Below, in pieces: positions 18,042-25,888 of a stretch of DNA of 64,000 nucleotides. The DNA is taken from the NCBI GenBank assembly GCA_045803545.1, contig JBJMOW010000004.1:640001-704000 (forward strand), read 5' to 3'. Position numbers and translations under genes: made by a program. The first letter of the stretch is position 1. Each line of letters starts with the position of its first letter. The notes beneath the pieces are model-generated. The model did not search any database, was not told the DNA's origin, and was given only the letters and a program-made list of their open reading frames with translations. Source of the stretch: Gemmatimonadaceae bacterium. GTDB taxonomy: Bacteria > Gemmatimonadota > Gemmatimonadetes > Gemmatimonadales > Gemmatimonadaceae.

Positions 18042-18464
18042 GGTGGGTGCGTGATCTTCATCGGTCAAAATGCGGTAGGAACCGTCGGTATTACGTGCCG
18101 CGCGAAGGCCACCAATCGGCGCGACGGGCACATTGAGCCGCTCGCAAACCCAATGACGCTTGTGTACCCAAAGGGGATGCCGAGTGTGGAAAGGGCACGT
18201 CGGCCATGTGGTATCAATATGCGAATCCAAAAACTCTTGTTGGACGTACTCTGCAACGCGCTGCTCGTAGTCCTCCGCATCGACGCGTACGTGGTTAGGG
18301 CCGTTTACGGACTCTCTTTGCGAGCGCGCTTGCTGGCGAATGAATTTGGCGTAGGCGCCGCCTAGGGTTACACCGATATCGTTGTCGAGGGCGGAAATTA
18401 CGCGAGCCTCATCGTCTGATGTGATCTCGTTACGCGGTTCTAAAACGCCTGAGTGGTTTATCAT
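18036..18464 (-). CDS. Cassette: hypothetical protein with WPxCPxH-HPL-WxC putative metal site
   Basis: WPTCPFHTRHPLW...WVC...VAPIGGL. Confidence 0.7.
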   Translation of the reverse strand: MINHSGVLEPRNEITSDDEARVISALDNDIGVTLGGAYAKFIRQQARSQRESVNGPNHVRVDAEDYEQRVAEYVQQEFLDSHIDTTWPTCPFHTRHPLWVHKRHWVCERLNVPVAPIGGLRAARNTDGSYRILTDEDHAPTA

Positions 18465-18466
18465 CC

Positions 18467-18564
18467 GCCTAACGCCCCAGTTCAGCTGCGAGCGACTCTA
18501 CTCTAGATCCAATCATATGCAATTCCTTAAAGCGGGCGCTCGTCTGCTGCAACTACCGTTAGGT
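18467..18564 (-). repeat. attC (98 bp)
   Basis: GCCTAAC...GTTAGGT. Confidence 0.92.
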
Positions 18565-18614
18565 GGCGTCGCGTAAGTGCGCACCTGATACGGCAAAGGA
18601 GATTGACCACGCGT

Positions 18615-19037
18615 CTACCGGTTAGATCCGATAGGGTGGCTCGATAACCAATAGCCGCCGAAGGTGCCTAATAGCAGAGCGCAACCTGCAATCGACTCCC
18701 ACTCTGTTATGCGCCATTGCCATGGCATACCATCGGAGGCAACGGCGGCGCCAAAGAAAACAAAGACGGCTGCCGTTATGCCGACTAGAATTGCGACGAG
18801 TCTTATGTGAAGGAACGGCCGCATCGCACCTACAACGGTGCCGCTTGCTAGCCCTCCGATAACATAGGCCGCGATTACCGCCGCAAGCGTTGTGTGCAGC
18901 TTGTCGAATGGTCGGGAGCCTTCAGCCAGATACAACACGACGACATAAAGTGAGTATAGCGCGGCGAAAGCGAGTCCGAACCCTACGCCCCAAACCACAT
19001 TACTCAAGAACGAACGTTCAGATCGGTGCATGCCCAT
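18615..19037 (-). CDS. First-position cassette: four-TM membrane protein
   Basis: 140 aa, hydrophobic; cassette ends GTTAGGTGGC and GCCACCTAAC match over 10 bp. Confidence 0.78.
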   Translation of the reverse strand: MGMHRSERSFLSNVVWGVGFGLAFAALYSLYVVVLYLAEGSRPFDKLHTTLAAVIAAYVIGGLASGTVVGAMRPFLHIRLVAILVGITAAVFVFFGAAVASDGMPWQWRITEWESIAGCALLLGTFGGYWLSSHPIGSNR

Positions 19038-19117
19038 CGGTGCTCGCAGCTGTCGGGAAGAGAAATCGAACTAAGCGGTTTTGTTAGTCACGTCCACGTA
19101 TAAGGACGAGTGAAGCC

Positions 19118-19136
19118 ACCTAACGCCTTATTAGGC
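19118..19136 (-). other. attI: attI recombination site (simple site)
   Basis: Minus strand GCCTAAT-AAGGC-GTTAGGT, same 7-5-7 geometry as attI1; no attC arms; GCTGCAAA direct repeats at 19155-19162 and 19167-19174. Confidence 0.8.
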
Positions 19137-19234
19137 TCATGGAAAAAAAGAACTGCTGCAAAGAAAGCTGCAAAACATGTACTCTCGGCGCCGGGTGAAC
19201 GACCGGTAAGTCCCGAGAAGGCCCTGTCTGCGAA

Positions 19235-19240
19235 ATTGTA
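19235..19240 (-). promoter_or_regulatory. Possible -10 element of a cassette promoter
   Basis: TACAAT on minus strand between intI stop and attI; no convincing -35. Confidence 0.25.
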
Positions 19241-19306
19241 CGTCACACAGGTGATGGATGTTAGACTGCGAGGGGCGCTGTGATTCCTGCGCACGCTGTG
19301 TTTGCG

Positions 19307-20305
19307 TCAAAGGGCGTCGATCGGGCTTCTAACGCCCCGGCCACCTGTGTTCAGCACGTGGGTGTAGATCATCGTCGTCCGTACATCGGTGTGGCCGAGG
19401 AGCTCCTGAATGGTGCGGAGGTCGTAGCCATCCTCTAGCAGGTGCGTCGCGAAGGAGTGGCGGAAGGTGTGACAGGTGGCGCGCTTCATCAGACCGGCCG
19501 CGCGAACGGCGTCCGCGACGGCGCGCTGGATGACGGTCGGGTGAAGATGGTGGCGGCGGAGCTCGCGAGTCACAAGGTCGATGTGGGTCCGCGTGGCAGG
19601 GAAGACGTACTGCCAACGGAACTCCGTCGACGCTTTTGGATATTTCCGCACCAAGGCGCCGGGAATATCCACGCGACCGCCACCGCGCCTCAGATCACGC
19701 GCGTGAGTGACCCGCACTTCGTCCAAATGCTCGCGCAGCCGCGACTCGGCAGCGGTCGGGAGCATCGTGATCCGATCCTTGTTGCCCTTGCCGCCACGAA
19801 CGAGGATCTGGTGGCTGCCGAAATCGATGTCCTTTACACGCAGCTGCAGACACTCCAGGACCCGCATGCCCGCGCCGTACAAGAGGATCACCGCCAGCTG
19901 CGGTACGCCGTCCATCTCAGCGATTAGCCGCCTCGTCTCCTCGCGGGTAAGAACGACGGGCAGTCGCACCGGACGCTTGGCTCGCGCGAGGCGCTCGGCG
20001 TCTTCGAGCGGAATGTTGAGAACGTCGCGGTACAAAAAACCCACCGCAGCCAACGCCTGGTTCTGGGTCGAGGCGCTGACGTTCGACTGGATTGCCAACG
20101 ATGTCAGAAACTCTTCGACTTGGTCGCGGCCGAGATCGCGAGGATGTCGCTTACCGTGGAAGCGGATGTAACGGACCACCCAGCTTAGATAGGTGCTGAC
20201 CGTTCGGTCGCTGTAGTGGCGAAGCCGCAGCTGCTCGACCAACTGCGAGAGTAAGGGCGACCTTCCGGCAACCGCCGGCGCGGTCGCATCTGCAGTTTGA
20301 CGCAT
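19307..20305 (-). CDS. intI: Integron integrase
   Basis: [31 protein letters not shown]...TTMIYTHV, plus the IntI-specific insertion [21 protein letters not shown]. Confidence 0.98.
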   Translation of the reverse strand: MRQTADATAPAVAGRSPLLSQLVEQLRLRHYSDRTVSTYLSWVVRYIRFHGKRHPRDLGRDQVEEFLTSLAIQSNVSASTQNQALAAVGFLYRDVLNIPLEDAERLARAKRPVRLPVVLTREETRRLIAEMDGVPQLAVILLYGAGMRVLECLQLRVKDIDFGSHQILVRGGKGNKDRITMLPTAAESRLREHLDEVRVTHARDLRRGGGRVDIPGALVRKYPKASTEFRWQYVFPATRTHIDLVTRELRRHHLHPTVIQRAVADAVRAAGLMKRATCHTFRHSFATHLLEDGYDLRTIQELLGHTDVRTTMIYTHVLNTGGRGVRSPIDAL

Positions 20306-20376
20306 GTCGATTTGGTAGTCTATCCGGGATTATGCGCGACATCTTTGGGATTCGCAGCCAACCAGAATTCGGAACG

Positions 20377-21468
20377 CTATCTCCCGGTTGCGAAAATCTC
20401 GGTCAGCTCCTGCGGCGGGACGACCTCGAGTTGCTCATAGGTGCAATCCTTCGGCTTCTTGTCCGATCGCCAGCGACGGAACTGCGCAGTGTGACGGAAA
20501 CGATCGCCCTGCATGTGATCGTAGGCGACCTCGAGCACGAGCTCGGGACGCACTGGCTCCCACGACAGATCCTTCCCGCCGCTCCAGCGACTCTGACCAC
20601 CAGGCATCCGATGCGGTGCGTCGTCATTTTGTGCGAAGTCGGCCCAATCGCCCCACGGATGATTCTTTAACGCGTTCTTGCGATAGGGCTCGAGCATCTC
20701 GACGAGCTCTTTGCGCTTCGCATCGGTGAAGCTCGCGCACACACCAACATGCTCGAGCTGTCCATCGTCGTTGTACAAGCCAAGTAGCAGAGACCCGACC
20801 TTGGTCTTGCCGCCCGTCTTGTGCCAGCGAAATCCGGCGACGACGCAATCGCACTCGCGCTCATGCTTCACCTTGAGCATTACACGCTTGTTGGGCTCGT
20901 AAGTACCATCAAGCGCTTTGGCGACGACACCGTCGAGGCCGGCGCCCTCGAATCGGTTGAACCAGTCCTGTGCCTCGTTCCGATCGCGCGTCGCTGGTGT
21001 GCAATGCAACGGTGCCTCGAGCTTCGCGCAAATTTTCTCCAGTCGCTCGCGCCGCTTCTCGAACGGCGTGTCGCACAGACTGCGATCGCCTTCGCAGAGC
21101 AAATCAAAGAACACGATCGACGCCGGTATCTCCGCGGCCAGCTTCTTCACCCGAGATTCGGCGGGATGCAGTCGGAGCTGCAGGGTGTCGAACTCCAGCG
21201 CGCCGTCGACGGGCATCACGATCTCGCCGTCGAGCACACACCGCTTCGGCAATTGCTTCCTGATTGGTTCGATCAGCTCGGGAAAGTAGCGATTGAACGG
21301 CCGCTCGTCGCGACTCTGTATAAAGACTTCATCGCCGTCGCGAAAGATCAGCGTGCGAAATCCGTCCCACTTGGGCTCGAAGATCCAGCCTTCGCCCGGC
21401 GGAAGCGCACTCACGCGCTTGGCGAGCATCGGCAACACCGGCGGATTTACCGGGAGGTCTATCGCCAC
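20377..21468 (-). CDS. ligC: ATP-dependent DNA ligase, LigC type
   Basis: PMLAK, EPKWDGFR, LDGEIV, DGVVAK, RFRHTAQFRRWR. Confidence 0.9.
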   Translation of the reverse strand: MAIDLPVNPPVLPMLAKRVSALPPGEGWIFEPKWDGFRTLIFRDGDEVFIQSRDERPFNRYFPELIEPIRKQLPKRCVLDGEIVMPVDGALEFDTLQLRLHPAESRVKKLAAEIPASIVFFDLLCEGDRSLCDTPFEKRRERLEKICAKLEAPLHCTPATRDRNEAQDWFNRFEGAGLDGVVAKALDGTYEPNKRVMLKVKHERECDCVVAGFRWHKTGGKTKVGSLLLGLYNDDGQLEHVGVCASFTDAKRKELVEMLEPYRKNALKNHPWGDWADFAQNDDAPHRMPGGQSRWSGGKDLSWEPVRPELVLEVAYDHMQGDRFRHTAQFRRWRSDKKPKDCTYEQLEVVPPQELTEIFATGR

Positions 21469-21469
21469 A

Positions 21470-22585
21470 CTATAACCTGCAGCTGTAGCTCGCCGCGCTG
21501 TCGCGGTTGCCGGCTCCGGCGAAGCGCGCCTGCTGCGGATACGGACAAAGTGGGCGCGTGCGCACGATGCCGCTCGCGGTGTCCCCGTCGATCCGCCACT
21601 GCGTCGCGATGATGTCGGTCGGCGCCGAGCCGGTCTCGACCCAGCGCTCGAGCGCGATCAACATGCTGTGCTCTGGATCTGCGTTCGGACGAAGCCACTG
21701 TCCAAAATCATTGGGGACGTCACCGCTGCCACAGTGGCCCATTCCCGGCACGATGTAAAGACGCGCGAAATCATCGGCGTTCTTGCGACCCATCTTCGAG
21801 ATCAGGCGATCGTAGTAATCAATCGTCGCGCCAGGTGCGTCCTTGCTGCCGTGATAGATGACGAGCTTGCCGCCGCGAGCGGCGAACGCATCGAGATTTC
21901 CCTGCAGAAAACTTTCGAATCCCCAACGGAACGCCGGCGCGCCCGCAATCACGCCGTCATAGTCCGCCGGATATCGCTCGGCTTCCATCAAGCCCTGCCG
22001 GCCGCCATTGGAGCAGCTGGCGAAATAGGAGCGAGTGGGCGCCTTGCCGTAGAACGACTCGATCGCCGCCCTCGCCATCAACGTCATCTCGTGGATCGCG
22101 CGGTAATCGAAATCGGTTTGCTTTTCAGGGTGCCCTTTTGCCCAGCCAATGTCGGTCGATTTGCCCTCGTGGCCGGTGTCGGTCGACGCGCTCGCGTAGC
22201 CGGTGTTGAGCGCTTCGCCCAGTCGCGGATACGCAATCGAGCCAGCGTAGCCGCCGTTGCCGACGCCGAGGTATTTGCCGTTCCAGCCGGTGATTGGGAG
22301 CCACACTTCGACCTGGATACGAGAGTCGCTCGACGGCGCGACCGTCGCTTGCAGCCGACAAAACGCGGGCAGCCGATCGTAGCCGTTGAAGATCTCGGGC
22401 GAAGGTCGAGTGCGAATCGGGGAACGAAATGTCCCGGCAGGTACTACGCGAGCACTCGTAATCGTTGTGTTGAGTCGATTGAGCCTGGCGAGACTGTCGC
22501 ACGGATCGGCGCGCGTCGGAGCCGGCGCGCAGGCGACGATGCCTGCGATGAGCGCGAAAGCGAATCTCGAGCTAGCGATCTTCAT
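21470..22585 (-). CDS. Tannase/feruloyl esterase-family hydrolase (unusually short)
   Basis: WNGK...GNGG, STDTGH, SCSNGGRQG, YHGSKD, PGMGHC, RPLCPYP. Confidence 0.88.
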   Translation of the reverse strand: MKIASSRFAFALIAGIVACAPAPTRADPCDSLARLNRLNTTITSARVVPAGTFRSPIRTRPSPEIFNGYDRLPAFCRLQATVAPSSDSRIQVEVWLPITGWNGKYLGVGNGGYAGSIAYPRLGEALNTGYASASTDTGHEGKSTDIGWAKGHPEKQTDFDYRAIHEMTLMARAAIESFYGKAPTRSYFASCSNGGRQGLMEAERYPADYDGVIAGAPAFRWGFESFLQGNLDAFAARGGKLVIYHGSKDAPGATIDYYDRLISKMGRKNADDFARLYIVPGMGHCGSGDVPNDFGQWLRPNADPEHSMLIALERWVETGSAPTDIIATQWRIDGDTASGIVRTRPLCPYPQQARFAGAGNRDSAASYSCRL

Positions 22586-23282
22586 CGCGTCTCCAGACCA
22601 TGGCAAAGCTCGTGGGGCGATCGCGGTATTTCTCCCACTTGGGCTTCGATGCGATCCACGCATCGTCGACAATTCGCTCGTGCATTTCGACGAGCGTGAA
22701 TCCCGCAGTCAGCGCTGCTGCAACGTGATCGCTGAAGAAATGAACGTAGCTGCGGATGGTGACAGGCTCGTCGTTGGACGCGCGATGGTAATGCGTCGGC
22801 TGGCCGCTGAGCAGAAAATACGGATGATAGCCGACGAGGACGAAGTGTCCCCGGCGGCGCAGCAATCGCGCCGTCTCGTTGTAGAGCGGAGTGATGCTTT
22901 GCAGATGCTCGTCGGCCAGCGATTGGGTCGCCAGATCGTATGACTCAGAGGGCAAGCCAGTGTCGCCAACATCGGCGATGCGCAGCGAACGATAGATATT
23001 TCGCTCCCGCGCCCGATCGAGCATCTCCGGCGTGAGGTCGACGCCGTCTATTTCCTTCACACCGTGCGCCCGCAACCAGGTGCCGATCCGACCGGTGCCG
23101 CAGGCGAGATCGGCTGCAGTGTTCACTGTAGTCCACTCCACGGTCTCGACGCGATCGAGCAGCGCGATGTCCATCTCGTCGTGAACGGTCTGCTCGTAAT
23201 GAGCGGACCAGTCACCATAGCCGTCGGTTACCGAGACAATGGGATAGCGACGTGTGTCGTAGCGCGAGAAGTCGAGCGTCAT
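22572..23282 (-). CDS. Class I SAM-dependent methyltransferase
   Basis: DLACGTG, GVDLTPEML. Confidence 0.88.
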   Translation of the reverse strand: MTLDFSRYDTRRYPIVSVTDGYGDWSAHYEQTVHDEMDIALLDRVETVEWTTVNTAADLACGTGRIGTWLRAHGVKEIDGVDLTPEMLDRARERNIYRSLRIADVGDTGLPSESYDLATQSLADEHLQSITPLYNETARLLRRRGHFVLVGYHPYFLLSGQPTHYHRASNDEPVTIRSYVHFFSDHVAAALTAGFTLVEMHERIVDDAWIASKPKWEKYRDRPTSFAMVWRRDEDR

Positions 23283-23292
23283 GTACTGAAAT

Positions 23293-23784
23293 CTACGCGA
23301 GGTGGCTCAGATCTTTCTCGTAGCGCCAGACTTCCAGAGTCATTTCGCCATTAATGGTCTGGAACCGGCCAGGCATATTCCCAACTCTGCGCCAGCCCTG
23401 CTTCTCGTAGAAGCGCGCGGCGCGGTCGTTGCCGATTGCGCAGCCGAGCCACGCCGTCCTGAAGCCGTAATCTGCCAATCGCTCTTCGGCATCGGCGATC
23501 AGCGCCGCGGCGACACCGGTTCCACGCGCGGCAGCAGCCACGAAGAGCTGATAGAGCTCGTCGTCCTTCACCAACGCAAATCCAACTGGATTGCCACTCT
23601 CACCGACGACGCGCAACTCGTCGAGCGAAGCCTCTACCCGATCGCGCAAGCTCTCGAGTGTGCGCGTAGCGGTGAGATTAGCCGGCACAATCTGCTCGTG
23701 CGCATCGCGCCAGCTGTCGAACCACACCCTGGCGATCTGATCTATCTCGTCCGCCTCGGCGTCACGAACGGTGATCCGCGTCAC
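23293..23784 (-). CDS. GNAT acetyltransferase
   Basis: LFVAAAARGTGVA, NDRAARFYEKQGW. Confidence 0.88.
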   Translation of the reverse strand: MTRITVRDAEADEIDQIARVWFDSWRDAHEQIVPANLTATRTLESLRDRVEASLDELRVVGESGNPVGFALVKDDELYQLFVAAAARGTGVAAALIADAEERLADYGFRTAWLGCAIGNDRAARFYEKQGWRRVGNMPGRFQTINGEMTLEVWRYEKDLSHLA

Positions 23785-25286
23785 GGAAGTTGGATCGACA
23801 GCGCGTGCCGGAAGATGTCGCGCGGATCCCAGCGCGCTTTGACGCGTCGCAGTCGCCGATAATTATCGTGATAGTAGAGTGTCGACCACGGCACGCCTGA
23901 CGTGTTCAGTGCCAGGTCGAGCAGATCGGTGTCGGGATGATTGATGAACGTGCCGTCGTAACGATCGTTCGGAACCGGGACACCACCTGTATCCGCGAAA
24001 AGCTCGCGATAGAACGAGCGCACCCAGCGCAGACTCTCGGTTTCCTCACTCTGATTGAGCCAGCCGGCGTTGCAAGCCATGTCGAAGATCGAGCTCCGCT
24101 GAGCGGAAGCCGTCGCATCCTCCGCGACCGTGTTCACATGTCCGCCGTAACTGGCGAAGCCGAAAGCGCCGCCCATCACGTCGTACTCGGTGCGATTCAT
24201 GTAATCGTAGACGAATTCGAACTGTCGCTCGGTGAGCGGCCTCCTTAGCATCGCGTCCTTCACCTTGGTGCTGACTCCGCCCGGCGGCATCGCGAACAGA
24301 TCCGGAAACGGATTCAGAGCAAAGTCCAGCCACGACATCTGCTTCACCTCGAGCGCGCTCGAGGGTTTGGTTCCGTCGTTCAACGCGGCCAGGTAACCAT
24401 CGATCTGTCGATCCGCGCGCGCTTCGTCGACGGTCAATCCGCGAATGAAGATTTTGCCGACCTGCCAGCGATGCACCATCAACAGCGACCACAGTGAGAT
24501 GTCGGGCGAGCTCGCGTGGCTATTGTGTTCACCCCACGCGCCGTGATTCCGCAGCAATCGCACGAACGACTGCTTATCGAGATCCGTCCAATTCCACTCG
24601 GCGCGGAATGTCGTGATCGATTCGGGGGCGCGCGGGAGAATTCTGCCCGGCTCGTTGCCGGTTGCGTCCGCTGAGCGAAACCAGTAGCGGGTGACGACTC
24701 CGAAATTGCCCGCGCCACCGCCGGTGTGCGCCCACCACAACTCGCGATTCGGATCGTCGGCTTCTCTGGTCGCCATCACGGCATTCGCTCGACCGTCGTT
24801 GTCGACGACTACTACTTCGACGCCGTAGAGATAATCGGCAGCGAGGCCAAGTGTTCGGCAGAGGAATCCGAAAGCGCCGCCGCTGACGTGACCGCCGATG
24901 CCGATGGCAGGATACTCGCCGAGTGGAACGACAACGCGCCAGTTATCGTGGAGCGAGCGAAAGGTGTCGCCGACGGTCGCGCCAGCCTCGACCGCGATCG
25001 CGCGCATTTTGTCGTCATAGTAGATGCGTTTCATCGGCGAGCAATCGATGATCACGCGCACGTCGGGATCGGAAACGAAGCCTTCGAGGCAATGGCCGCC
25101 ACTGGTGACGACGACGCGCTGGCCTTCGTCGACCGCGTCCTGCACGGCGTTGACGACGGCTTCTGTCGAATCGGCGAGACGAACATAGTCCGGCTCCGCC
25201 GTGAATCGCTTATTGAATCTTTTGTCGACGACGGTGCGATAGCGTGGATCGTCGGGCGTGATACGCTCGGTTGGGATGGTGCTCAC
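23781..25286 (-). CDS. FAD-linked oxidoreductase, berberine-bridge/AknOx-like
   Basis: SGGHCLEGF, GGGAGNFGVVT, LRRVKARWDP. Confidence 0.88.
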   Translation of the reverse strand: MSTIPTERITPDDPRYRTVVDKRFNKRFTAEPDYVRLADSTEAVVNAVQDAVDEGQRVVVTSGGHCLEGFVSDPDVRVIIDCSPMKRIYYDDKMRAIAVEAGATVGDTFRSLHDNWRVVVPLGEYPAIGIGGHVSGGAFGFLCRTLGLAADYLYGVEVVVVDNDGRANAVMATREADDPNRELWWAHTGGGAGNFGVVTRYWFRSADATGNEPGRILPRAPESITTFRAEWNWTDLDKQSFVRLLRNHGAWGEHNSHASSPDISLWSLLMVHRWQVGKIFIRGLTVDEARADRQIDGYLAALNDGTKPSSALEVKQMSWLDFALNPFPDLFAMPPGGVSTKVKDAMLRRPLTERQFEFVYDYMNRTEYDVMGGAFGFASYGGHVNTVAEDATASAQRSSIFDMACNAGWLNQSEETESLRWVRSFYRELFADTGGVPVPNDRYDGTFINHPDTDLLDLALNTSGVPWSTLYYHDNYRRLRRVKARWDPRDIFRHALSIQLP

Positions 25287-25666
25287 TTTGTCGGTGCCTT
25301 GATCGCTGCGACGCGTGATTTTACGAGACGTTTGATGAGTGAAACGGGAATGGGGTCGTCGAGCGGAAACTGCACTGTGCCCTTCGATGTCTTGAATCCC
25401 TTTTGCTCCGCGAACTTTCTGTCAGCGACGCTGAGCGGGTACATGCTGAGATGATCGGTCCAGGCGGCGTACCAGACGAGAATCTTGCCGTTGTAGCGAA
25501 ACGCCGGGATCTGGTAGCTGAAGGCATCGACCGCGCCCGGCGCCGCTTTGCGGATGGTGTCCGCTAGCTCCTTCAAGCGCCGTCGCGTCGACGGCTGAAG
25601 TTTCGCGGTGTATGCGCGTATCTGCGCGCGAGATTCTTTTTCGTTCGGTGCTTTGGTTGTCGGCAT
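25283..25666 (-). CDS. DUF1801 (YdhG-like) protein
   Basis: SYQIPAF...KGTVQFPLDDPIP. Confidence 0.82.
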   Translation of the reverse strand: MPTTKAPNEKESRAQIRAYTAKLQPSTRRRLKELADTIRKAAPGAVDAFSYQIPAFRYNGKILVWYAAWTDHLSMYPLSVADRKFAEQKGFKTSKGTVQFPLDDPIPVSLIKRLVKSRVAAIKAPTK

Positions 25667-25823
25667 ATGCGTGTTGGTCCCGGTCCGGTTGCAGATGAGT
25701 GCCCACCTGTCCGACGAACCGGGACCTGCAATATCGACATTTGAGTGGTCAGTGTGCTACCACGCGACACTGTCTGATCTCGCTCACACTTCAAAATAAG
25801 AGCTCGGCGCTATCAAACTGTCA

Positions 25824-25857
25824 AAGCTGGGAGCTCCCGGCTTTTGTATTCTGGATG
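25824..25857 (+). repeat. REP-like palindromic element, copy A
   Basis: AAGCTGGGAGCTCCCGGCTTTTGTATTCTGGATG; 31/34 identical to the reverse complement of 34747-34780. Confidence 0.65.
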
Positions 25858-25888
25858 CAAACCCCCGCTCGCGATCTCTACGCCGAGA

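Larger units (their letters stand above)
1..20305 (-). mobile_element. Chromosomal integron: intI, attI and at least 30 gene cassettes; array continues past the left edge
   Basis: Integron-type tyrosine recombinase, a 7-5-7 attI simple site and 29 related attC sites (some partial) separating co-oriented single-gene units; window starts inside a further attC (GTTAGCT at 4-10). Confidence 0.97.

Noticed and set aside
502..18564. Regularly spaced repeats as a CRISPR array
   Set aside because: Repeats are mostly 90-135 bp imperfect palindromes with RYYYAAC/GTTRRRY-type ends separated by whole genes; they are attC sites, and no cas genes are present
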